A stretch of 62,152 nucleotides of DNA, filler included, from Asterionella formosa (lineage: Eukaryota): the NCBI GenBank assembly GCA_002256025.1. It is 6 parts of 6 records of this genome, joined end to end, with 100 filler letters (N's around TTAATTAATTAA, not from the genome) between each part and the next. Parts side by side here need not be neighbours in the genome. Positions count along the whole stretch, not along the records: positions 20,835 to 31,129 come from NKIB01009671.1; positions 31,230 to 41,482 come from NKIB01009706.1; 4 more parts are not named here. One strand, written 5' to 3'. Position 1 is the first letter of the stretch; each line of letters starts with the position of its first letter. The position numbers were made by a program, and so were the translations under genes. This document shows positions 23,840-35,975 of the stretch, piece after piece. The notes below the pieces were generated by a model that searched no databases, was not told the origin of the DNA, and saw only the letters and a program-made list of their open reading frames with translations.

Positions 23840-25528
23840 ATGATGTTGAGCCTGTCGCTGATGGTCTTTACTGTCCTCTTCTATTTATCACACGCACATG
23901 GGCACTCAAAGCGTTGTATTGCCGAGACCCCTGCTCCTGAAAAAGCAGCTAAAATTAATAGCGAAATTCGGTCATTCGCGAGCTCAAGATTTTCAAATGG
24001 CGGTATGCCTGATTTGGGAAGCATCGTTGTACCAACTTACTTCGTCATGTGAGTCAACATCGCCCTTTTTGTGGTTGTCTACTTTTTCGCAAGACTGTCG
24101 AGGATAACTGTTTCGCTCACTAACATTTCTTAAACCCCAATCGACAGTTTTCAACCTAAAAACGGGCAACCTTCTGAAATGACCAATGCCGTGGTTACTG
24201 CGCAATTTCAAATTTTGAATGACAACTTTGCAGCTACTCCTTTCATTTTCTATCTCATGGAAATCAAATATGTTGTCAACGATGCATATTACAAAAACAT
24301 GGTGGGCGCCGACGCTACAATTGGAAGTTTGTACAAGAAAGGTGGACCGGAAACGTTGATGGTTTACTTCGGCAACAAGATCGGAGGAGGCTCTTGGTCT
24401 CGCTTTCCAGAGCTTTTCAATACTGGTGTGGATTTGTCAAGATTCAATATCATCGATGGAACCTTCATGGACATTAATACTGTCCCTGGAGGACGTGCGC
24501 CGTGCTGTAATCTTGGAAAGACACTGACTCATGAAGTGGGCCATTGGCTTGGATTGTACCACACATTTGAAGGCAATTCCTGTAATGCCAACAACACAGG
24601 TGACTTTGTTAGTGACACGCCCCAACAGGCAAGCTACACCAACTTTAACTGCCCCGTTGGGCGAGACTCATGCACTGGTCTACCTGGAGTCGATCCTATT
24701 CACAACTATATGGATTATTCAAGTGATCCATGTTTAGAAGAGTTCACTCCAGGTCAGATCAAACGCATGTACATCATTTGGTCGCTGTATCGTAAGAACA
24801 ACGAAGTCTGCTCGTCCGATGGGGCAGCTTTGAAGATTGAAATTCAGCTTGACCAATACGCCAGCGAAACTGGGTGGCAACTGACAGGCCCCAACCTTTT
24901 TATTAACCCTTTGAGGAATGGCTACCACAATAATATCGATAGCTCGTTAAATGCAAAGAATGTTGTCTTCGATATTTGCCTTCCCGTCAATCAGAAGTAT
25001 ATTTTCACAATTTTTGATTACCACAGCGATGGACTCCAGCCTCCTGGGTATTACAAACTCTATTTGAACAAAGTGATGATCAGAAAAGGGCAAAAATTTG
25101 GAGCATCCGAATCAACCAAAATTAATACTTTCAAGGCACCCTCCACGATAATCACAAAGAAACCCACCAGGAAGCCAACCAGAACTCCTACCAAAGTTCC
25201 AACAAAGACTCCCACTAAGACTCCCACTAATCCCCCAACCGCTGCTCCCACAAATTTGCCAACAAAGGCTCCCACAAGGAATCCAACCAGCACTCCCACA
25301 AGGAATCCAACCGGCACTCCCACAAGGAATCCAACCAGCACTCCCACAAGGAATCCAACCAGCACTCCCACAAGGAATCCAACCAGCACTCCCACTGCTC
25401 CCCTAACTGCTGCTCCCACTTTTTCACCTTCTATCAATGCCACTAATTCACCTTTTATCAATGCCACTAATTCACCTTCTATCAATGCCACTAATTCACC
25501 CACCATCACTCCCCCAAGTATTCCATAA
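23840..25528 (+). CDS. Secreted M43 zinc metalloprotease paralogue with PT-repeat tail; intron 24049-24147
   Basis: Same motifs (THEVGHWLGLYHTF, HNYMDY); splicing gives in-frame VPTYFVIFQPKNGQPSEMTN. Confidence 0.92.
25150..25520 (+). repeat. 24-bp coding tandem repeats (PTRNPTST; PSINATNS)
   Basis: cactcccacaaggaatccaaccag-type and ctatcaatgccactaattcacctt-type units repeated directly. Confidence 0.85.
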
Positions 25529-25799
25529 GGACCCATATCCAACTCCATGGCTCCAACTAGTCCTCTCACCATGGTTCTCACTGCAGGTCGGCCATGACTG
25601 CAATGTGGGCTTGGAGCACAACCAATAAGAAAGCAAGTCATGCTGCTCATGCCCAAATTTTTTCCATTTTGTCTTGTGACATGGTTTTCTAACAGATGCA
25701 TCAACCTTAGGATTGAAATAAAGTGAGTTTGTGAAGTCTCACCAATTATAGATCAGGTACTGTTACTCCCATTTCATGATATTGAAGCTTGGCCATCAT

Positions 25800-26060
25800 A
25801 ATGAGAATATTTAAGCTTTGAACCTCAATTCTTTCTCAATTGAAATCTCCATGGGAGTACTATCAAAATAATACTTGTTTCACCAACAAGTTTCAACTCC
25901 AATAGCAGGTAAACCCCTGCATCAGAGAAACATGGTAGTCCCTCTATAATGCCAATGTGTACCATGTATGTGAAGCTGTGACATAAGCACAGATTCTGCA
26001 CTGAGCATCATATAATTCTTTTCAATTGCACTGTGGTCCTAGCTATTACAGTGTCAACTC
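25800..26060 (-). pseudogene. Highly degraded Ulp1/C48 protease-like fragment
   Basis: The minus strand gives HIHGTHW (near 25972-25952) and YYFDS (near 25873-25859) with disruptions between them. Confidence 0.35.
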
Positions 26061-27010
26061 TGTGTGGGATACAAATACATAAATATATTGTAAGGGATGA
26101 TGGCTGGCCACAATACAATTTATATAAAAATAATCATATTTATGAATAATTATTGAATTCTCTGCCTACTGATTTATTCAAAGCTATCCAAGTTGTATTA
26201 TGAATGGAAATCACTTAAAACACCCCCTTTTACCTTTAAATTAAATATTTACCTTTCATAGGATAGCCTGCTGACAAGACCAGTGCTTTCCTAGCTTTGT
26301 TAACATAGGTGAGTCATATACTTCCTTTTTCAATGATGGCTGCTTGCAGCAGCACACGCTCCTTGTAGGGGGGCACCCTATGTTCTCCTTCCCACCGGAC
26401 AAGACCATGCAGGATGCTGGTCAGAAGGGAATCGAAAAATTTGGGAATCAAACCCCACAACATCCCCTCAAAGGGAACATACTTAAACTTTAAGCCATTC
26501 CCCACCTTTTGCAATATATATCATTGCATTGTGCACAGGGGAATGGGTCATTAGCACACTTTCTGTGTTGGTGGGTTCACTTCCTGCGTTCTCCACCTGT
26601 CTTTTCCATGTAGTCCCTAGAGTTCTGGGGGTTTGGCTGACAAAAGACAAGTCCCATTGTACCGTACAAATGCATGAATAAAACCGGTATTAATTGTTTC
26701 CATTCAAAATGTGGGCACGAGCACAATTATTGGATAGCTTTGACATACTGTAAGATTTTTAATTTCATTTCATCATTGCATAGTGCACAATAACCTGTCA
26801 TGAGGGTGACACAACATATGATAGCAAAGATGCTCTTTATCAATTGTTAATATCATGATATTCATCTTACAATTAGAAACGATTTTTATGAATAACAATT
26901 TGACTGTCAACCACTTCTTGTATGAGACATACTATGCTATAGCCAAGGAAGCACAATATAGAGTTGTACTTCATTGAAAGGTCAAACCCACCTTTGCTGT
27001 GGGATATTTT

Positions 27011-27385
27011 TCATTCAATATAGTTCATCTGTGGGTTATACAATAACCATGTCATAAGATGATCGAAGTATATTGGTGGTAGATGGTTCTCGTTCAGGAA
27101 TAACATGAGTTCTAATTCGATTGGATGCATGTTTAGTAGATGTTTTTTGGGAAGTTGAAATTGAACAGGTCGAGGAATTTTCATAGATTCCTTGGGAATG
27201 AACCCACTTCGATCTTGGTACTCAGGATAATGCATAGTATCATTATCCAACCCAATAATTTCTGATAACTCTGTTTCCTCTCCACCTTGCCTTGATGTAT
27301 TTGAAGTCAATGAGATACTTTCGTCATAGAATGGAAATAACAAATTCTGGTCATCTAATTGTGAAAGAGATTCTTCCGTTTGCAA
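27011..27385 (-). mobile_element. Truncated transposase N-terminus, possibly Plavaka-like
   Basis: HPIELELMLFLNENHLPPIYFDHLMTWL resembles the N-terminal motif of diatom Plavaka-type proteins (from memory); it lies within TE debris. Confidence 0.35.
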
Positions 27386-27851
27386 ACTATCAAAATAAAA
27401 ACGTTGGGGAATGAGGAAGAGACACCTGATATTCCTGTTTCATTTAAATCACTTGATAGTTTACCGCCACAATACATAGTTTGATTGCAAATTCCAGAAA
27501 TGCGGTGTTCTTCCAAGCAGTGATGGCACAAACCAAAATCATAAAATTGTCGATTGTTGCAGTTTCGATTGTGAAAGTCAGAGGGAGATTTGTTCTTCCG
27601 AAATTTATAGTTGCAAACCGAGCACCAGTTAAAGGTTCATAATGCCATTGTTTGGGCAAAAAGGCAAAATCAAAATAGAGAAGAGGGATCGATTTTTGGG
27701 CAGCGGTATGAATAGAAATGAATAAAACGAAATGTCCAAGTATCGCTTTTTCGTCAATAATACCGAATACCGGTATATACGTGTATATTCAATAATGTGT
27801 CATGCAGTACATAATACAAAGCACTGCAACCTAATAATGCAACACTAACCT

Positions 27852-29172
27852 TTAAAATTTTAGATTTTCTCTAACCTGCAATGCGTTGTCAAATGCATTG
27901 ACAAAGAGAGCAAATTTCTCATTGCTAGCAACATCACTTGAGAGTCCAGATGATACTGACTCCCAAATGAAAGGGGAAATTTCAATTGTGGCATCACCAC
28001 GGTGACGGTAGGCGTCAACTTCCTTTTCATTCAAGAAATTGTAAGGGGTTTTTCCAAATGTTTCATTCAACATTTTCAAGTCCATAAATCAATTCTGCAC
28101 AACTTTCTTTATGCAGAAGGCAACTACAGCTTTTTCCATTTGCACCTTCTCCTTCTTGGTAAGAACCTTCAATGATTTTTTAGACCAAACGGTTCCAAGG
28201 CCAAAAAAATTATCCATATTCTTGACATGAGGTACTTTCGACGGAAAGCCAACATGATCTGATGATACTACCATGCCGTCCAACTGCTTCCAATTGCAGT
28301 TCTCTAGACGAAATTGAGCCCGACATCCAAAAAATTTGGTTTCACCATTTCTTTCCAATTGAAGTAGACTTTCTAAAAATTTCACAACAGTGAATGGTCC
28401 ACAGGACCATCCAGTATCACCTTCTGGTTGATATAATAGTGAGTCATGAGAGGTTGCCATAAAAACTTGCAATGGAGCTTTTGTAAAATGATAAAAACTC
28501 TCACTCTGAATGACCTGTTATGGCTTAAAAGCATGGATCGGAAGGTAGGCATCCCGTGATGCTATTTATTTTTCCCTTTTACATCCAGGGATGATGCAGT
28601 ATTTACGGGCAAGGTAAAACACTGGATCGAGATGTTCTTGGACTGTGGCTGCTTCTGCTGGATCGCGGATTTGAAATATCCCTTCCTTGAGATCAAATAT
28701 GTAATGAACAAAATGATTCTTTCCATAAGATGATCTCTTGCAGTACACTATAATCACATGGGTACACTCAATATACAACGGGTGACAATTGCCACTATAA
28801 GTGTCTCCACCACAATCCATTTGTAGATTGTCATCAACATCCACAATAACACTCACACTGGATGGATGGAGTTCATGAGTTATGAATTGAATGAGATTTT
28901 GAATTGTTTGGAAATCCCAATATGCAAGAGATTTAAACTCCTCAATTTCTTTTTTAAAAATGTAACAAGATATAAGTCTCTGCAGCATAAGTACAGACTT
29001 CTTGGGGAGTTCGAGAATCAAGTTCTTCCCATCGCTTGAATTGTGGCTTCGTTTTGGGAATGTTCACGTACATGAAGGTTCGAATGGGAGACATGAGTTG
29101 ACATAATTGACTTGGATACACTTTTGCTGAAAATTGGTCATTCTGACCTTTGTATAAGATAAAAACGAGCAC
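27852..29172 (-). pseudogene. Fragmented Ulp1/C48-like cysteine protease, probably transposon-borne
   Basis: Four broken ORFs carry NHFVHYIFDL...IRDP (His, Asp) and QPEGDTGWSCGPF (oxyanion Gln, catalytic Cys). Confidence 0.55.
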
Positions 29173-29581
29173 CGAACAGTCTGCACTCAGTTTGAGCCAG
29201 TAGTTTTTTCCTTGATTTGCAGGTTTTGATCATCTCAAATCACTGCTGTGGACTGAAAATCTTCAGTACTAATGGGAGCATCATTTTACATGTTTATGCA
29301 TAACAAAAATACATGCTTATGCAAGCACAGTCATAGAAGCGTCAGCAGTATACCTACCACATCATCTTGCTTAGCAATGATATGGTGGTACCTGGTACAT
29401 AGTATCACCACTCGTGACATTAGTACCTGTTCATGAACCTTTTATAAAAATTTTTAGTTATACTTTACTGAAAGGAAGGTTGACCGTTCTTACCAGTGCA
29501 TTTGATTCAATTGTTTCACTTCCTACAATCTCCAAGACTCAGACATCAACGCCATTGGGAACTGAAGGAGTTGTGAAGAGC

Positions 29582-30295
29582 ATGTCGGAAATGAAGTTAA
29601 AGCGTAAAAGTGTTTCCATTGGTACAAAGTTAGCGGCAATAAAGTTTCTTGGTGAAGGGAATAGTGTTAGAGAAGTTGCCTTTAAACTTGGCATAAGCAT
29701 TGGAACTGTTCAAAAAGCAAAGAAAAAGCAGGAGGACTTACTGATGGAAGGAAAATCGATGCAATCAATGAAAATGGCTTGCCTTAATAGTGGCACAGAA
29801 ATCAACACAGTATTGTGGAGATGGTTTTGCACTGCTTGAGCAACTGGATATCCAAGTAGTGGACCCATCCTGCAAAGCAAGGCTTTATTGATCGCCAAAG
29901 CATTTGATGCAGATCATAATTTTAAGGCATCTAATGGCTGGCTTGAAAAATGGAAGAAAAGACACAATGTCAAATCCTATGCTATTTGTGGAGAGTCTGG
30001 GAATGTAGACATTGATAAGGCTGAAGAACGGAAAGCTTTCTTGGCTAGTTTGTGTGATAGATGTACCCCAGCTGACATTCTTTTCAACACTGCAAATGAT
30101 TGGTTTGAACAACCCTGCCTTGGTCTATGCATACATATTATGTACCGGTACACTGGTACTGTAGTATGTATGGAGTACAGAACAGCGTAAACATGCTGAA
30201 CCTCCTTATAAGATACACCTCCCCATAAGATACGTAAAGGCCATAAATGCAGGAGCAAACAGGGTGTACCGGTATCTTATAGAGAGGTTTCACTG
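29582..30295 (+). mobile_element. pogo/Tigger (CENP-B type) DNA transposon, internally deleted, right TIR retained
   Basis: HTH-psq (KRKSVSIGTKL) and CENP-B HTH (LWRWF..A*..GYP.SGPILQSKA...FKASNGWLEKWKKRH...GESG). The DDE domain is missing. The end reads gtatcttatagagaggtttcactg|TA at 30295. Confidence 0.88.
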
Positions 30296-31129
30296 TAATG
30301 TATTTATATAGGTAGCAGAATAATATGCAAACGAGAAGTGCGAGAAAGATCTTGACCGGTCATGCCAGGGCAGGACTGGAGCGCGCTAGAGGAGGAGCCA
30401 TAAATTTCAACATACCAGGTCAACCAGGTACGTGGTACCAGGTACTATGCTCGCAGGCAAGAGACGACCACCTCGGGCATGTCTTGCCTTCAGCAGAATT
30501 ACTACTGGAGCGCGCCAGGAAAAAGCGCCATAATTTCAACATAATGCAATCTACTGGTATGTGATATACCGGCATCTGATTATGGTGTTTTGGCATTATG
30601 AGCCCTGGTACCCTGGTACCCGGTAACAGGTACCAGGGTACTGGTACCGCATCTCATTGCTGGTGTACTGAGAAGATATCATAAGCGACAAGCAACAACA
30701 TCATCATCACAGACAGAAAAAAAATCTGCTCATCAGCCTAGTATACACATGCATTATTAGCTGAGACCTGCAGACATTTGGCTTCCATTGCGCTTTGCAC
30801 ATCGGAAGAATATCAAAATAAGCGACAGCAGAATCCATCGGGATCCGCACGGCGAAGGATTCTTGCTCTTTCACACAGCTGTTTAATCAGGACCAGGGTC
30901 TCCAATCCTGTGAATGCATCCTAATCCAGCAAAATATACTTTATCCAGTTGAATTCATTTCATCGTCAAGAAGGAAACTCAGCCTGTGAAGTGACAACTG
31001 AGACAACGATTCATTGCAACAGCCTTCTTGGTCTTCGCATTCACGATGAGTCTAGAAGCAACCTTTGTCGCCGCCCTAAGATCCGTTGGAACTGCTGGGA
31101 CATTGGCATTAGCAGGGCTCTATCTCCAC

Positions 31130-31229
31130 NNNNNNNNNNNNNNNNNNNNNNNNNNNNNNNNNNNNNNNNNNNNTTAATTAATTAANNNNNNNNNNNNNNN
31201 NNNNNNNNNNNNNNNNNNNNNNNNNNNNN
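31130..31229. other. Artificial contig spacer
   Basis: Same 100-bp linker. Confidence 0.97.
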
Positions 31230-33370
31230 TCTGCAACCATGCGCATCGCTGTAGTAGCCTGACACCAGTAGCAGTATTTCCGCCACAGTCATTCTTCTCC
31301 GCTGCCCACCAAACAAGCAACCCTGATCATTCCATTCTGAGCAAGCATGATCGCCACGCTGATCCAGCACTATTGACTCTCTCTAGCTGAGTATTCGTCA
31401 TGTAGCTTCTGATACGAGCTCGTAGTAGAATTGTAGCGAAGCGCGTTAGTACAAGAAATTCATTGCGTGGCAGCAATATTGACATCATTGTCAACGACTA
31501 TACAAATCAACAAATACGATCAACAACGGCACAATACCACATCTTCAATGAGTAGTCATTGATAAATGCATTGGTTCTCATGTAGATATGTACAATCGAA
31601 ACAAAACGACAGTGCGTAACGACAAACAACGATGGAAGCGATCAAAACAAACCACGGAAGCAATCAAATCGGAAAGTCGATAAATACGATCTTCAATCCA
31701 CATTCAGTATTTCACTGTTGTACTCACCGATCCGCTTCAACTAGCATAACAAGCAGCAGACGATGGGCTCATAAGAAAGTCGAAAGTTCCTGTTGCAAGC
31801 CCAAATTGAGCAACGGCATGCAGGATAGAGTGAGAATTATAATTGTGAGGACGAAATCGGGCATACGGTACATAAAATCAATCAATATGATGTGAACGAT
31901 AAAATTTAACATTCTGGTCTTGTAAAGATAATACCGAGTCTACAGTGATAATATTATAACGTGTTCAAAGTAAGCGTTAAAGCATAGCTTAAACCATGCA
32001 TGGTTGTTTTCAGTACCACGTACGTATGTAGACTAGATGACTGCCGGTAACCGGTAGAATATCCGCTAAGCATCATCACAAGCATGACCGGCAGAGAAAA
32101 AACTTGCCACCAACATCAGATGTATTGCTATCATCGTTCGTCCGACGAAATATGGACGATGCGACTACATGAATCCCTCGAGAAGACAAGCAATCCAACA
32201 ACCAACCGCATCCGTTAGGCAAAGAATCGCTACTGGCGTCATCGCGGAACTGATTTCGCTTCAAACCGGTCATGATGGACGACGATTGGCATGGTGAAAG
32301 GTGAATTGCCGGAGTCCACTTTTCAGGAGACGAACAAAAACGAGGTGAATTCTAGATATAAATTATTAGAATCTTTATAGTATATAAAATGGTTTCCTTA
32401 AGTAGACCCCTTGCCGATTTCGGAAATCCCAGGGCTGGAAAACCGAAGGAAAATTGCTACAAATTGGCTGCAAATTGTAATGCCAAAATGCGAAGATAGG
32501 AAATAATGATGGGCAATTTTGGTCCCATGGCAATTTTCGAGGTGAAGATAGGAAATACACAAAATATATTTTATATGATGGGCTATAATGGTGAGCTAAA
32601 ATTGACATTTACACTCGATGAGTGGGCAGTAAAAGTGAGTCCTCCTCTATTGCTACAGCCATCAATCCGAAGAAGACCACCACAACAACCAGCTATTAGT
32701 GTCAGTTGGTTACACTCTGGTGAATAGAACTACAAACAGTGTTTTATTTGTGCAAGAAATTGGTAGTGATACCTTGATAGAGCCACTTGTAAAAATGCTT
32801 AGAGAAACTTTTCACTCACGCGATTCTCAGGGTGTAGAATGCACGGAACGGCCTCCTCAAGTATTATCAGCCCCTACTTCATTTCTAGTTTCACCATGTT
32901 CAAGAGATAGTCTGACAAGTTCGACTTTCCTTTCCATTGCAATCTCTACAGCAAGTCCTTAAATTCCTGTATGTTGAATTCTGCGAAGTCTTTTTCACGA
33001 GCATGATAGCGAAGAAGGCAAAGCTCACTCCTTAGAAAGTGCGAATACCGCATGACTAGGGAGGCTGGCTTGTCAGTCATTTTAACTCAATGTAAACGGG
33101 GTCGCTTACCATTCCTTGTCGATTGCTTTCGGCTCTCACCTTAGACACTCTTACTATGTAGTCAAATTTTAGACAGTGCTGCCCCAGATTAACGCACTGA
33201 TAGTTCCAGTGCAAGTTTATCCTACATAGCTTGCTTGTAGGTGTTCGCCATCCTCAACCAACCAATCATGACAATGTTGTATTCCTTGGTCCTGGCATTG
33301 TTGACATCCCCCCGCTAGATCTGGATGACATGTATACCCCACTGAAAAGTGGTTGGTATGGTTGATTGAA

Positions 33371-33843
33371 GATGGCTCTCCATCAGCTGTTTTTGCATGT
33401 GTATTTTTATGTCTAACTTGGAATTTGATGTGCCATATTGAAAGTACTGACGGTGTTTGTATCAAGCATTTGGTTTGGAGTCAAGGGGATTCGATTTTCT
33501 CATACAAAAAATGATCAAGATGGCTCTAAGAATTCAAGCCCCAACACTGCAACACAAACCCTGAAGATTATGCCCAATAACTGCATTGTTTAAGTACATG
33601 ACATTCTTCCCAGAAATTCTACAAGATACAGATACTCTATTGTTTCCTGGTGCAGAGCAGGAGGATTGATTCAGAAAAAATATCAAGAGCTTGCTACATG
33701 GACATGAAGGCGATCTAGATTGATATGAGGTGGAGGATATTGGTAATCACAGCATCAGGAAGGGTGCTACAACATATGCATCGAGTTGCTCTACAGCAAG
33801 TTCATCAAGTGTAGCGATCAACAATCGAGGTGGTTGGACTATT
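33371..33843 (+). pseudogene. Crypton(S)-type tyrosine recombinase, degraded and truncated before the catalytic Tyr
   Basis: Manual translation across frameshifts: FLCLTWNLMC(H)...KHLVW...FSHTKNDQDG...LFPGAEQED*FRK...DIGNHSIRKGATTYASS...AINNRGGWT. Confidence 0.8.
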
Positions 33844-34320
33844 ACAATTTAATTTAATTCAGAATGTGCAAATGTATGATGGTTGCTAGATTCAATATAA
33901 ACATGATAAAATGTAAGAAATAATGATTTTGAAACCAACTAGCTTTATACTGTTGACTAATACCATAGAGAGATATTATGGGTACATATTGTCTACCATG
34001 AGAAAGGCAGCATACTATTGTTCTTAATGGGGTGATACTTCCATTTAAAGTGCGTGTACGGTGGTATATATACCAGTATACCTATGATAGGAGCAGGTTG
34101 TTGAGGGGAACCTTGTCTTTAACAAAGGTGAGCTACAATATTATGACTACCGGTATGTTCCATTGCTGTCGTTCGATTATCGCAACACTTTGTATATACC
34201 AGATCTGGTGGCTATGCTGGTACTGGCTGAACGGGACATCGTAGTACATACATCATTCCCTTGGATTGAAACAGGTCTCACGTGCCCGGTATGCTACCGG
34301 TACCTTGGTACCTGGTACCA

Positions 34321-34991
34321 CCTAAAAACTGCTTTGAACCTCTATCGAAATTATTTTACCCCTTTGAACCACTATACGTAGAATAACACGTTTTGTGACG
34401 AATTTCTGATCCTGGTAGTTTACAAATCTTAAACGATCCGTCCGTAGCTGAGCATGCAGCGCTTCTCTGAGTATGAACAAGCTACACTGAACATTCATTT
34501 GTGTAATCAATACGTGAAAGTGTCGCTCGACCTTCTTTGGACAAATTAGCGGTTTACCACGACCTCGGAGTGTACAGGCATATGTACACATACATGAATT
34601 CCGTAAACCTTTTTATCGCACATTGATTTGTTTAGCCCCAAAGTAGATATCATACCAAGTGGTACCGGAAATTGATCCCGAATCTGAATTATGAAACCTT
34701 GTAATCCGTCTTCCCTGAAGAACATAAATTAATTGTTTGGTATTGAGACATTTTAATATACGGGTTTGAACCTCTACAATGGATAAATGCATCAATACAA
34801 ACAATAATATCTTCAGTAGTCGATGGAACCTGACTGAATCGTTTGTCCAATCATAATCCCCCACCTCTCGTGAATATCTGGAGCATCTAAAATGATTGAA
34901 ATGAATACCGGTACCGGGTATATTGGTGTTTAGTCGTACTAATCGATCGAACGCACCGGTAGTGAAATAGATGTTCAAGGCAGTTTTTAGG
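34321..34991. mobile_element. MITE-like insert with ~25-bp TIRs, nested in the larger element
   Basis: cctaaaaactgctttgaacctctat versus atagatgttcaaggcagtttttagg (2 mismatches); non-coding interior. Confidence 0.65.
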
Positions 34992-35975
34992 TACCAGGTA
35001 GCTAGCTATCTGGGATCTGGGACGGAGTACCTGGTACCAGGTAACTTCCGTTAGTACCAGCTGTATACTAACTATTGGCCGAACAATATAGGTACACCGG
35101 TATAGGTACATACCGGTATGTGCAAACGACGACAAATGATTCACAGGATCAAACAAACATGCGGTTTGTTCAAGCGTCCTCTTGTCTTGATAGTACAATT
35201 TTTGGGGAGACAAAACTCCCCATTTTTCTGCCCTGATAAAGTAGCCACCAAGAAGGCACTGTTGAGGCAATTCACACGCTCGCTATCGTCGCGCCATTTG
35301 CTTACCTACTGCCCACTCATTGAGCGTAAATGTCATTTTTAGCTTGCTATAGCCCATCATATAATTTTTTTTGAGGATTTCCTATCTTCACATAAAATCT
35401 TGGCAAAGTTCCGATATTGCTCATTATTAAAATATATGTTGGATATTTCGTGTATGTTCGCATTTCGGGAAGACAATTTACGCCACTTGCCCCTCGGTTT
35501 TCCACACCTGGGATTGCCGAAATCGGCAAGGGGTCTACTTAAGGAAACCATTTTATATACTCTTCAGATTTGATGCCCCTAAATAAAATTACCTAAGAAC
35601 TTACTTAAGATCTAAAAAGTACTTAGAAGTACCCGAGTGGCAAAACGATGAGTTGGAGCGGGAATTACTTAAATAACCATTGGCCTACATGTCTTTCCTA
35701 TAGACGACATACCGAGGCAAAATTTCCATCCGTCACTATGTAGGACTGCTCCATTTGTTCAACAAATTGAATATTCATACCGTAAGTGACCTCTGTATGA
35801 TGTGTTCACGTATTTAGAATTATGATAAAGTATCGGTTTATAGCATGATACACAAAAAATTTCAATGCGACCCGAGAATTCAAAAAACAAAAGGACCATC
35901 AGTGTGTATAAGCAGACATTCGACTAAGACACCCACGCACCGGATCTCAATTCTAATTTAGAACAAGGCTCCAAG

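Larger units (their letters stand above)
32379..35561. mobile_element. 3.2-kb element bounded by ~250-bp imperfect terminal inverted repeats (32379-32631 / 35307-35561)
   Basis: The outer 45 bp (agtatataaaatggtttccttaagtagaccccttgccgatttcgg) are a perfect inverted match; similarity continues inward to gagtgggcagta. Confidence 0.85.

Noticed and set aside
30730..31129. Coding-like fragment considered as TnpB/Fanzor
   Set aside because: No RuvC or zinc-finger motif pattern; multiple stops.
27852..33843. Linking the Ulp1 relics with the Crypton YR as one element
   Set aside because: They lie on different contigs separated by an artificial spacer.
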